Origin: Octopus vulgaris
Lineage: Eukaryota
Length of the DNA stretch: 64,000 nucleotides
Assembly (NCBI GenBank): GCA_951406725.2
Contig: OX597817.1
Location: forward strand, 50,034,001 to 50,098,000
Direction: 5' to 3'
This document shows positions 52,224 through 64,000 of the stretch, piece after piece; the first letter of the stretch is position 1; the number at the start of each line of letters is the position of its first letter. Both the position numbers and the translations under genes were made by a program. The notes beneath the pieces were generated by a model that was not told the DNA's origin, made no database searches, and was given only the letters and a program-made list of their open reading frames with translations.

Positions 52224-52443
52224 TGTGAATCTTGGCTGGTGGGGTGCTTACCTCCCCTTCACAAACATAAGGACACAGGGAAAAAATGTGTCAAAGCCGA
52301 CAGGAAGCGTTCGATGCTTCCTAGGGCTAAACAGTGCTGGTGTAATTCCCATACGGGACTGTCACGTTATGTTGACAGTATACAACCACTCTGTCGCTTC
52401 ACCACCTCTCATGTCTCTTTGAGACATTTAGAAATTTAATATT

Positions 52444-52485
<42 letters not shown>

Positions 52486-53061
52486 GCACACACACACTCA
52501 CATATATACATGTGCATATATTTGCATGCATTTATATGCAGTATTGAAATTCAAGCCATCATAAGATGGGCGTATAAGTATATTCTTTAAAGAGTAATTC
52601 ATGTTATAAGTTTATTATAATATATTATATTTTGTTAGAAATCACGACGTGGGTTTGCACCAGAAATTCATATTACATATATAACAGGCATGTTAACAAA
52701 ATGCCAGCTCTTAACATTAAAACGAAAACTAAGACACATCAAAATAGATTTATTGCATATGGATTACTCTGTAAAGCATACACCTAATCTGCCGAATAAT
52801 CTTGTGTATTAAAATGGCTCAAACTTAGTTACACTGTATATTGAATTTTTATCTCTCCTTCTACGGAGTAATTTTTGTTGATCCTACCAATAACGGAACT
52901 GTAAAGAAGTAAATGATATGCAGTAGAACTTCGGTTTACGAACAACTCTAATCCCGAATAAATCGTATTTTATCTCCTGTCTTTCTCCTATTCATTTAAT
53001 ACAGTAGTACCTCGGTTTACGAACGCCTCTGAGCACGAATAAATCGTGCTTTATATATATC

Positions 53062-53133
<72 letters not shown>

Positions 53134-53373
53134 CTGTCTGTCTGTCTGTGTCCCACTGAGTAGCATCTTTGGTGGGAGGTGGTGGGGTCTTCTACTATAG
53201 CTTTGGTTCGACCAAAGCCATGTGAATGGATTTGGTAGACGGAAACTGAAAGAAGATTTTCGTATGTGTGTATGCACTTGTGAATGATTGAATGCGAGTA
53301 TGTGTCAATGACATTGTAAGTATGTATACATCTAACTCCTTATTTATTTTCACTTTAATATTACGCTCAACAC

Positions 53374-53845
53374 TAAGGCGGCGACCTAGCAGGATCGTTA
53401 GCACGCTAGGCGAAATGCTTAGCGTTATTTCGTCCGTCGCTACGTTCTAAGTTCAAATTCCACCGAGGTCGAATTTGCCTTTTATACTTTCGGGTTCGAT
53501 AAATTAAGTACTAGTTGCGTACTATGGTTGATCTGATTGATTGACCCCGTCCCCCTAAATTTCAGGCCTTGTGCCTAGAGTAGAAAAGAATCGTTAACAC
53601 GCTGGACGAAACTCTTAGCGTTATTTCGTCCGTCGCTACGTTCTGAGTTCAAATTCCGCCGAGGTCGACTTTTCCTTTCACCCTCTCGAGGTCGATAAAT
53701 TAAGTACTAGTTACGTACTGTGGTTGATCTGATTGACAGATTCCACCGAGGTTGACTTTGCGTTTCATCCTTTCATCTTTCACTGTCGATAAAACAAGTA
53801 CCAGTTGAACACCTTCCCCAAGCTGCCCTTGTAGCAAAAATTTAA
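53374..53845 (+). mobile_element. SINE family B-related tandem copies
   Basis: aaggcggcga head; core repeated three times, the last one partial. Confidence 0.8.
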
Positions 53846-54076
53846 AACATTACATTCAACTCTATCAACTAAACAGAGAATTAACAGAAATTCGATGTGT
53901 TTGAGCAGTAATCTTGAGCAAATTTAATCTAATGATTTAAAAAAAAAAAACGACAAAACATCCGATCACTTCCCGTTCGTGGTCAAATATACTATCTAAA
54001 CAGATAAAGGTTTAGATAAGACGAGAAACCTTTGAAATGGAAGGCAACAGCTGATAGTGTCCTTGCTCTATCTGTG

Positions 54077-54114
<38 letters not shown>

Positions 54115-54122
54115 CATTATTA

Positions 54123-55541
54123 CTTTTTTTTCTTCTTCTTTCAAATTTGCTATCATTTCTTGCCGAGTGTCTTCCCGACTCCTAGGGCAAAGAAACTCAT
54201 AGTATACATTGGTAGGCCATTAAACCAAACTCAGTAGTTCGTTCATTTAAAAAAAATTTTTTTTTTAAAGTTAAATTAAAATACATGAGCAGCAACAGTT
54301 CTCACATCGACAATGCTCTTCTCAATACGTGTGATGTACCAGTTAAGACAATCTTTTGCACTTTTTGCAGGGATGGTAAGCCAGGGATCATTCTCATATA
54401 ATTTTCGGTTCCCTTCTTGATCATTCCTAGTGCTCCTACGATCACTGGTATTGTAACCGCCTTGAGATGCCACATTTTCTCAATTTCAATGAGTAGGTCT
54501 TTATATTTTCTGAGCTTGTCAAACTCTTTCGCTGAGATATTATGATCACAGGGGATGCTCATGTCGATCAATAAGCAAACTTTATTGTTTTGGTCTTTCA
54601 CAACAATATCTGGTTTATTGGCCTTGATGGTTCGGTCTGTATGTACTGGCAGTCCCACAGAATGGTTACATTTTCTCCTTCAGTTACAGCCTCAGGGTGG
54701 TGATTATACCACTTGTCGGCAGTTTTGACATTGTAATGCCGACTTATTAGCCAGTGTAGATATTGGCCAACTCTGTCATGTCTTAATTTATACTCGACTG
54801 GTGCTAAGACTTTACATCCAGAGATTAGGTGGTCCACTGTTTCAATCATGTCGTTGCAGAATCGGCATTTTGGGTCTGCTCCATTTTTCATCACATTGGC
54901 CTGGTAGTTCCGAGTTAATAGGCTTTGATCTTGAGCAGCCAGGATGAAACCTTCGCTCTCTGCTTTTAGCCCTGAGCTCCGTAGCCACTGATGGGTTTGC
55001 TTCTGGTCAACATCAGCTTGTTTGCTGCGGGTCACATATTTGCCGTGCAGAGGTTTCTCCTCCCACCTATCAGCCAATTGCTCGTGCGCTTTTTTCATTG
55101 CCATCATTTTCACCTTCTTTGCAACAATAGTTGCCGTACTTCCCTCGGGTTGTTCAGTTTGGGTATCCTGCACGAGATCAATAGCAAATTTTTTGCTTTC
55201 CTTTATGATTGAATGAAGCTTCTTTCGTCTCTCGTTATTTTCCACGAGCTTTAGCATCCAGTCATTCGATATTTCGAGATATTTGGTCAGTCCAATTGTG
55301 GTTGTTTTGTAAGCTAGTTCAAATTGGATCAGGCCTCGACCTCCTTGGGCTCTGGGAAGGTAAAGGCGATCTACGTCTGCCTTTGGGTGGTGCATCCTAT
55401 TACAACTCAGCAGCTTGCGTATTTTCCTATCTATATTCTTTACTTCACTCATATTCCAGTTCAACACATTGTAGCTATAAGTAACAAGTGGAACTGCTAA
55501 GGAATTTATAGCTAACACCTTGTTACGTGCATTTAGTTCTA
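54123..55541 (-). mobile_element. R4/Dong-like non-LTR retrotransposon, 5'-truncated, well preserved
   Basis: RLYLPRAQGGRGL, LHGKY, AAQDQSL, CRFC...VDHLISGC, RHDRV, KPDIVV...LIDMSIP...KYKDL; one frameshift near 54650; (TTA)n on both sides. Confidence 0.92.
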
Positions 55542-55547
55542 TTATTA

Positions 55548-55600
<53 letters not shown>

Positions 55601-55870
55601 TATATGAGTTATCGTTGAAGTATTGAAACTAAAGGGAACAAGATAACTATGTTGATGATTGTTGTTATGGTGCTGAAGTATTACTAATAATGCTGCCTTG
55701 TAATTCGATCTAGTTCTATGCATGCATGCATGTATGCATGTATGTAACGTAAAAGACTTTTTCTATTCCTCAGCTTTATACTAATACATCTGTTTGTTTT
55801 GTACACCACCTGTCTTCGTCTTTTGTTTTTTTCGTAAGCTCTCCCTATATATAGAGATAGATAGATACAT

Positions 55871-55902
<32 letters not shown>

Positions 55903-55964
55903 TCACACACACAAACATATACATACATATATAGAATTTGTTTTGGGATTTGAATATATATATA

Positions 55965-56003
<39 letters not shown>

Positions 56004-57091
56004 GCGTGCGTGTGTACATGTGAGACTTAATGGTCATAACACTTTTTTTTAAAATTATTGTTGTAATTTTGACTTACTTAGCTGTTTCCGGTAGTCATTA
56101 TTGGTTCGTTGTTAATATCTTTACTCAATCTGTCATTGATCGGTTCGAGAAAAATTGAATGACCGATAAAATTTATCCAGAAAATTGGTCGGAGTTATTT
56201 CTGGTTATAACCAAGCAGAACACTGAAAAAAGGGTACAGCCATGGGAAGGGGCCGAAGAGTGATAAAGGGGAAAGAAGAAGAAAAGTGATGACTTGGAAA
56301 AAGAAGGACTAAAAGGAAATGAAACAAGGAATGGAAGAGAGGAAGGAGGAGGAAGAATAGAGGAGGGGTTTATTCGTAATTTCTAATGCTTTAATTTTTA
56401 ATTGATTTTAATTTTAATCCTCAATTTTTAAAGTTTAATCTTTTTTTAATTCTACAAACTTAATTTAGTTTAAAATTATATTTGGCCTTCATTTTATTTT
56501 ATTTCATTTGCTTTTTAAAATAACAATTTTATTATATTTGATATTTTATTTTTATTTTATTTGCTTTTTATTTTTATTTGGTTTTTAGAATAACTATATT
56601 TCATTTTTATTTTTTTAATCTCACATTTCTCTCCCTGTCTCTATTCACTATCCAATCTTACCAAAACTTTCTCTACCTTCCCATCATGATTATAATTACT
56701 GTTGATAGATCATTGCCTTTTCTAATACAGTTCCCTTAATATGTGGGACATGTACGAATGACCAAATATTAATGATTTAAGTTGACCATCTGAATAAGGG
56801 GCCTATATTGAATTTCAATACAATACCCGGATAGTGTCTGACCTGAAGTCTATGCAAATGTCTTTGTGCGTGATGATCCAGTTACCAACGCTGATGTTTC
56901 TATAACTATCGCTTCCTCAACTTCGACCATCCGCTGCCCCTTTTTCTATCGAATGCTTCCCCTTCCTCTATTTTATCTATTCTTTCCTCTCTTCCTTTCT
57001 TTCCTTCTTTTACTATTAGTCCGGTGGGATGGGGGAGACAGACAGACGCAAAGACACACGCGCAGATATATATATACACACACACACACAT

Positions 57092-57130
<39 letters not shown>

Positions 57131-57562
57131 CTTACATATATATATACTTACATATATATATACTTACATACATATATACATACATACATATATACATATA
57201 TGTATGTATACAAGCACATAGAAATGCATGCCCCCAGTGGTGCGTTTACACCCAGATTACATCTATATGAAGAATGTTTTCTCTCGAGTTTGTGCAGCCT
57301 ATTTTTCATGTCTGAATGTACAAGAAAAATTCTAAATATTACTATGTACAGGAGAGTATTGTAGTTCGCTTGAAGCATTGTGTATTGTTTGTAAAGAATA
57401 AAATATTTTGAATGGTACAACAATGCAATATAATACAAACAATGGACTATAATAGCTGTTGTAATTTAATCTTCGATAGTCTGATATATTTCGTAATAAA
57501 ATTCCTTCTTCACTGTATTATAGTGTATTGTTGTATCATTCAAAATATTTTATATATTACTA

Positions 57563-58037
57563 CGTATGTATGTATGTATGTATGTATGTATGTATGTATG
57601 TATGTATGTATGTATGTATGTATGTATGTATGTATGTATGTATGTATGGAGGGAGGGAGGGAGGGAGGGAGGGATGGATGGATGGATGGATGGATGGATG
57701 GATGGATGTATGTATTTATGTATGTATGTATGTATGTATGCATGTAATGTATGTAATGTATGTATGTAATGTATGTACGTAATGTATGTATGTAATGTAT
57801 GTATGTAATGTATGCACTGTATGTATGTAATGTATGTATGTAATGTATGTATGTAATGTATGAATGTAATGTATGTATGTAATGTATGTATGTAATGTAT
57901 GTATGTAATGTATGAATGTAATGTATGTATGTAATGTATGTAATGTATGTATGTAATGTATGTATGTAATATATGTATGTAATGTATGTATGTAATGTAT
58001 GCATGTAATGTATGTATGTAATTTATGTAACGTATGT
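57563..58037. repeat. (TATG)n, (GGAG)n, (GGAT)n and a derived ~11-bp (TATGTATGTAA)n array
   Basis: Directly visible. Confidence 0.92.
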
Positions 58038-58812
58038 ATAATGAAATATATTTCAGGCTGCAGAGAGCAATTGTTTCCTTCTGGTCTCTTCAGTCTCGTA
58101 TCTGGTCCCAGTGTGGCATCACAAAGCAAACAACAATTGCTGTGTATGGTGCATGTGTACTGACATTGCTCTTTTACTCATGTGAGACATGGATCTTTTA
58201 CACACGTCATGTAAGGATCCCTGAACGCTTTCATCAGAGATGACTCAGACACATTCTGAATTTTGGCTGGATCTTAAAATTTCCAGACACACAAGTCCTG
58301 AGGACAGCTGATATCCTGAGTATTGAGGCGATGGTGCACGAGCATCGGTTACGTTGCACTGGACACCTTATTTGAATGAAGGATAGCAGGATCCCTAAGC
58401 AGATAATATATGGGGATCTTGTGACTGGAAAGAAACTCTGCAGAAACGAAGGTTGCGATTTAAGGGCTGTGTCAAGTCCTCATTAAAGGCCTGTGATATG
58501 CAGGAGACTGACTGGGAGAGAAATGCCTGTCATCGCCATAGATGGAGGAAGCAGGTTAAGGAGGGGTTCGACACTTTTGAGAGAGCATGTATTCAGCATG
58601 AAGAACTTAAGCGTGCTGCTCGAAAGCGCACTGCTGGTGTAGTGAATGGGGAAAGCTTGGTTTGCAATGTTTGCAGCCATGTATGCAGGGTTCATTAGCC
58701 ACCAACGGAGCCGCAAATGCAAAATATAAGTTAGTCCTAGAGTGCACAATGTTCCTGAAGGTCAGCAATGGTCTTTCTTGGTCACCAATTGGGTATGGTG
58801 GACGGCCATCAT
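58038..58812 (+). mobile_element. RTE-clade LINE 3' fragment, degenerate
   Basis: VYGACVLTLLFYSCETW, ERFHQR*LRHIL, TGHLI*MKDSRIPKQIIYGDL, RFKGCVKSSLK and a terminal CxxC. Confidence 0.85.
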
Positions 58813-58876
58813 GTAGGTATGTATATATCCATGTGTGTGTATGTATGCATGCGTCCGTTATTCATTTACATATACA

Positions 58877-59173
58877 CAGTGGGGGTGGGGGAATAAATAT
58901 TCGTACATGTCAAAATTCTTTATTTATTTCATTTCTAATGAACATAAATGGGATATACCAATACTATATTTGCAAACAGATGCATAAACTAAGAATATTC
59001 AAAAGAAACTAATAAATTATAGTAACTAAGTTAGAAATTAGTTTCTTTTGCATATTCTTAGTTTTATGCATGTGTATGCAAATATAGTATTGGTATATCC
59101 CATTTATGTTGATTAGAAATGAGATAAATAAAGAATTTTGACATGGACGAATATTTATTCCCCCACCCCACTA
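58877..59173. mobile_element. Palindromic MITE with Tc1/mariner-type CAGTG termini
   Basis: cagtgggggtggggg...cccccaccccacta; ~135-bp imperfect inverted arms; flanks CA and TA (decayed TA TSD). Confidence 0.8.
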
Positions 59174-59258
59174 TAAGCCTTTCTTGTCGCATTATTCACA
59201 AACGAATTTTTTTGTTTTATTTCAGGTTTTACCATAATCTATCTACTTAGAAAACTGC

Positions 59259-59825
59259 ATGCCTTATTACATGGAATCTGATAGTTCAGACCCCTCATCA
59301 CCATTTCCAGATGATTGCAGAATAGACAGAATCGCTATAAATTTGCTCCAGCAGCTGCATTCGAAAGAAAAGAACCTTTTAAGAAATGTTAATAACATCG
59401 TTAAACATCAACCTCTCACGGCCAAAAATATTTTCACGCATAATATTCATGGTTGGACCTTTGCACATGCCTGCGTTTTACGAGGCAATAAAGAACTAGT
59501 ACAAAAGGTCTTAGATTCTGGAGTAAGTATCAACAGTCAATTAGGTGAATCGACTGACGGAATCCCAGGTAACTGCACATTGTTGCATATAGCAGCGTAT
59601 AGAGGTGATCCACAAATCGTTGAATTTCTCTTGTCTCGTAAAGCTGACATATCTGCCGAAGATAGCTTCAAGGATAAACCGATCGCTTACGCTCGACATC
59701 ACAAGCATCACAAAGTGGTTGCGTATCTCGAGAAAGCTTCCCAGAAACACAACTATGAAGACAATGTTCAGAAACGGTTCAAGTTTTTTTCAAATCTTTC
59801 AAACAGACTCACCCGTGTTCGTTGA
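59259..59825 (+). CDS. Small ankyrin-repeat protein (188 aa, 2-3 repeats)
   Basis: GWTFAHACVLRGNKELVQKVLDSG, NCTLLHIAAYRGDPQIVEFLLSRKADISAED and KPIAYA repeats. Strong acceptor ttttgttttatttcAG at 59224-59225. In-frame TAA at 59235 upstream of the ATG implies a 5' UTR intron. Confidence 0.88.
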   Translation: MPYYMESDSSDPSSPFPDDCRIDRIAINLLQQLHSKEKNLLRNVNNIVKHQPLTAKNIFTHNIHGWTFAHACVLRGNKELVQKVLDSGVSINSQLGESTDGIPGNCTLLHIAAYRGDPQIVEFLLSRKADISAEDSFKDKPIAYARHHKHHKVVAYLEKASQKHNYEDNVQKRFKFFSNLSNRLTRVR

Positions 59826-60262
59826 GAATATTATGTAATAGTCAGACATTCACACAGACGTACACACTCACATGGATACTCATATACTAACAGAAACATA
59901 CACGCATATACAAATGTGCTTGGACATAAGGACATACTTACATACACTTTCCGTATAAATGCTGTTCTACACCAAACTCTGTATACATCTACATAGGCTT
60001 GAACTGCAGCACGTATCAAAATGTACGTAAATAAATGCAACATCCAATGGCTGTTTAGTACAGCCACCCAGCTGTGTCCACAACATTACAAAAGTATAAG
60101 CGCAGTCGTGGCTGTATTGTTAAGACGCTCCCTTTACAACCACATGGTCTCAAGTTCATCCCCATTGCGCCGTAACTTGGGTGAGTGTCTGCTAATATAG
60201 ATCTGGGTTGAGCTATGTCATGTGAATGAATTTGGCCGACGGAAACTGCATGGAAGCCCATC

Positions 60263-60348
<86 letters not shown>

Positions 60349-61544
60349 GAAAAAATCAAGATAGAAAATGCTAAAATAATTTTATAAAAAACATTTCAGT
60401 ACCGTTTTCAGTCATTGAGACTTTTTCAACTGTAAGTATGGAAAACAATTAAATTTTGGAAAAATTAAAAGAGATGTTTTTCTAAAGAAATATTTGTATA
60501 GTGTACAAATACAAGGGGCATTTTCCTTATTTCTGCCTGTCTCTGTCTCTCTTGTTAACTCTTGTGGGTTTCGAGGTCGTTGTGAATTCTTGGTAGGAAA
60601 GAAGAAGAAGAAGATGAAGAAGAAGAAGAAGAAATATATATATATATCAGGGACGTACCGCCTGGGCAGGCAAGGTAGGAAGTGCCTACTCTGAATAAAA
60701 TAGATCGATCGTAACAGTTTCCTTTTATGGTTAAATATGCACATAATTCAATAAAACTATGAAGGTTACTCTGACTTCTATGCATAAAATGCAAAATATT
60801 CTTTTTCTTTTTTGTAGATTAAGTAGGCATAATTCGCCCCTGCCTTTCAATTTCATTATTAAAGCTTCGCATAGGACTGCTGTAGTACTCATACTACGTT
60901 CATTCCTACAACAACGTTTTCTTTACAAGCTATAAAGGCAGAAGTAAATCTGCCTCCAACTCAGTCGCGCATCTGTGTTTCGCTTATTTTATTTATTTAT
61001 TTTTTTTGTGTGTGTTTTACTACATAAACGTCACCAACTGCCTACCCTGAGTAATTACTGACGCCACGTGCCCGATATATATATTCTCTTATTCTCCTCC
61101 GCCATAAGCTGTTCCTTGCTATTTCTTCTAACGGTCGTTATAAATGTGCGTGCGCATTTATCTGTATATTCCCGGATTACGTTTGACTGTTATCTTCTAT
61201 CTTTCGCTTGTTTTTGTTATTGAAATGTGGCTATGCTGAGACATCACTTTAAAGCTTTTAGTCGAACAAATTGATCCCAATACTAACTTTGTTGTACCAT
61301 TCCAGACACGTTACTTTTGTAAAATATATTTTCCCTTTGTAATTTTAGCTTTGCCCTGAGTATAAGTTGCAATTCCAATTTTTTTAAAGTTAAAATCAAA
61401 TACAAAATAGAGTAACTTATGCATGAGAGAATACGCCAACTAAAATTACTAAATTTAATTATTAAAATGTAGTTGGCATACACTTCACAAGCAGAAACAC
61501 ATCTAAATTTCGAGAAATCTAAATCGAATCAATTCTAAATTTCT

Positions 61545-61778
61545 TATTTCTTTATTGCCCACAAGGGGCTAAACACAGAGGAGACAAACAAGGACAGACA
61601 GACAGATTAAGTCGATTATATCGACCCCAGTGCGTAACTGGTACTTAATTTATCGACCTCGAAAGGATGAAAAGCAAAGACGACCTCGGTGGAATTTAAA
61701 CTCAGAACGTAACGACAGACGAAATACGGCTACGCATCTCGCCCGACGTGCTAACGTTTCTGCCAGTTCGCCGCCTTC
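61545..61778 (-). mobile_element. SINE family B, single full copy
   Basis: Head, core and tail. Confidence 0.87.
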
Positions 61779-62171
61779 ATTTGTGTAATAACGTATTATC
61801 TTTGTTCACGAGTGTTATGTATACAAATGAAGATTCTACAAATAGTTTTTTTTTTAAATTAGGAGGAGAGAGAATAACTTATCACGGAACAAATCGATAT
61901 TGCATAAAGTATCTCAATGTTTAGCTTAATTATACGACATAATGGTTGGACAATAAAAAACATACAATATTAAGAAAATATTTACTTTGACGGCTGACAA
62001 AAATGGGATTTGATGTGATAAGTAGAAATATTAGAGTAACTTAAGGGGAAGAATTATAAGTAAACAGTCAAATGAATTCAAAGAAAACCAAATAATAAAA
62101 TTAGAATTATTCCGTCATTTTGAAGGTTTTTGAATTGATGATATTTATATTGCCCATATATCGGCAAGAAT

Positions 62172-62203
<32 letters not shown>

Positions 62204-62219
62204 CATACATACATACACA

Positions 62220-62381
62220 GGCACAGGAGTGGCTATGTGGTAAGTAGCTTGCTTACCAACTACATGATTCCGGATTCAGTCCTGCTGCGTGGCATCTTGA
62301 GCAACTGTCTTCTACTATAGCCACGGGCCGACCAAAGCCCTGTGAGTGGATATGGCAGATGGAAACTGAAAGAAGCTCGTC

Positions 62382-62467
<86 letters not shown>

Positions 62468-62630
62468 CGCTTGGCAACCAATGTTGGTGTGTTTAACTCT
62501 CTGTAACTTAGCGGTTCGGCAAAAGAGACCGATAGAATAGGTACTAGGATTGCAAAAATTGTGTCCTGGTGTCGATTTGTTCGACTAAAAGCGGTACTCC
62601 ACCATGGCCGTAGTGAAAGATTAAAAGAAT
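62220..62630 (+). mobile_element. SINE family A, full length
   Basis: Head, internal (TA)n(TG)n and tail. Confidence 0.87.
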
Positions 62631-62662
62631 ACATACATACATACATACATACATACATACAT

Positions 62663-62729
<67 letters not shown>

Positions 62730-62994
62730 CGTGTGTGCGTGTGTGCGCGTGTGTGTGTGCATGCACGAAATTTAAGGAGATGAATGAACAATAGCATTTC
62801 AATCCGTGCTACATATGTTTCAGTGGTATGGTATTTTATTCATAATTGGTGACTCATGTTAACATTAAAATTAGAGTTGTGGAATACCTAATGCAACTAA
62901 TTAATTATTCTTAACCTTATTATGTAATGATGTAGAGCTAATTTTAATTGCTTTATTCATTTATCAACTAGCTAATTATATGCTGGAAGCGACT

Positions 62995-63280
62995 GGCTTC
63001 CAGATCAAAGGAACAACTTGCTCGTGAGATTAACGTGCAAGTGGCTGAGCACTCCACAAACACGCGTACCCCTTCATCTACTTCTGAGGGAGATTAGCTT
63101 GACATAGAGTATGACAATAATGGCTCCTTGAAATACAGGTACTACTCATTTTTGCCATCTGAGTGTACTGGAGCAATGTGAAATAAAGTGTCTTGCACAA
63201 GGACACAATGCGCCGCCGGGAATCGAACTCACGACACCACTATCGCCAGTTGAATACCCCAACTGAGCCACGCGCCTTCA
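62995..63280 (-). mobile_element. SINE family C
   Basis: Minus-strand head ggcgcgtggctcagttgg...gagttcgattccc; an opposite-orientation copy lies at 63620-63792. Confidence 0.8.
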
Positions 63281-63316
63281 CACACACAGACACACACACA
63301 TACACACGCATATATT

Positions 63317-63377
<61 letters not shown>

Positions 63378-64000
63378 TTCCGGAATTGTAATATTGTACG
63401 TTGAGGAGAGGGGAAATGTATGACAGCAAAAGGGAAATGATGTGTTTGAATAGAAATGAAGGACGAGAGTGAATATTATCTAGGATACGATATCAACATA
63501 ATTTCCGATAAGATTTTCAAATTGTAATGAGATAGTATGTGATAAGGAATTTGGATTAACACTAGGAATATTCTTCTATGGTGGTAAACAATAGTCACAT
63601 ACATACATACATACATACATGAGCAAGACACTTTATTTCACGTTGCTCCAGTCCACTCAGCTGGCAAAAATGAGTAGTACCTGTATTTCAAGGGGCCAGC
63701 CTTGTCATACCCTGTGTCAAGCTGAATCTCCCTGAGAAGTAGATGAAGGGTTACGCGTGTTTGTGGAGTCCTCAGCCACTTACACGTTAATCTCACTTTT
63801 TATCCCACCGTTGGTTTGCAGAATATATTTTCTATATGGTGCGATGGGGAAAATATTCATGGAATTAATTTACTTCTTGCACGATTATTTTTTAAACATG
63901 CGAACGCAAATCATGAAATATAAAACACGCATGCTACTAATTACCAAGCTCTAAAATCACTGGTTTTGTGCCAAAATTTGAATTCATTATTATCACTATT

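Larger units (their letters stand above)
51672..52449. mobile_element. Hammerhead-ribozyme repeat, subfamily B: inverted copy, deleted copy and full copy (357-bp period)
   Basis: Minus copy 51672-51945, internally deleted plus copy 51951-52118, plus copy 52119-52449. atttctgat ends at 52092 and 52449. (TA)n on both sides. Confidence 0.82.

Noticed and set aside
52921-53050. cagtagtacctcggtttacgaac (pogo/Tigger-like terminus; also at 20208)
   Set aside because: Only isolated single ends with no matching inverted terminus nearby.
56785-56845. Hammerhead-like relic ctgaataagggg...cccggatagtgtc
   Set aside because: Core too degenerate to support a call.

Overview
AT-rich, repeat-dominated animal genomic DNA. 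The SINE families and the dense (TA)n/(TATG)n/(TAA)n microsatellites suggest an octopus/coleoid cephalopod (inference). Two host genes are supportable: the 3' part of a class A peptide-type GPCR (<2..859, +) and a small ankyrin-repeat protein (59259..59825, +). The rest is mobile DNA: tRNA-derived SINEs, R4/Dong-type LINEs in (TAA)n, Penelope-like elements next to (TA)n, RTE, CR1/L2-like and Tx1/L1-like LINE fragments, Tc1/mariner remnants, Helitrons and MITE-like palindromes. The main observation is a ~357-358 nt structured tandem repeat carrying a type I hammerhead ribozyme fold, resembling a non-LTR retrozyme. It occurs at three loci (5351-7607, 15048-15302, 51672-52449) as two diverged subfamilies whose stems show compensatory changes. 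At the first locus a 1.6 kb ORF1-only (zinc-knuckle) Tx1-like element has inserted between two ribozymes with a 15-bp target-site duplication, giving a predicted ~1.99 kb ribozyme-bounded RNA carrying a gag-like frame. All calls were made by eye; repeat boundaries are approximate unless stated.
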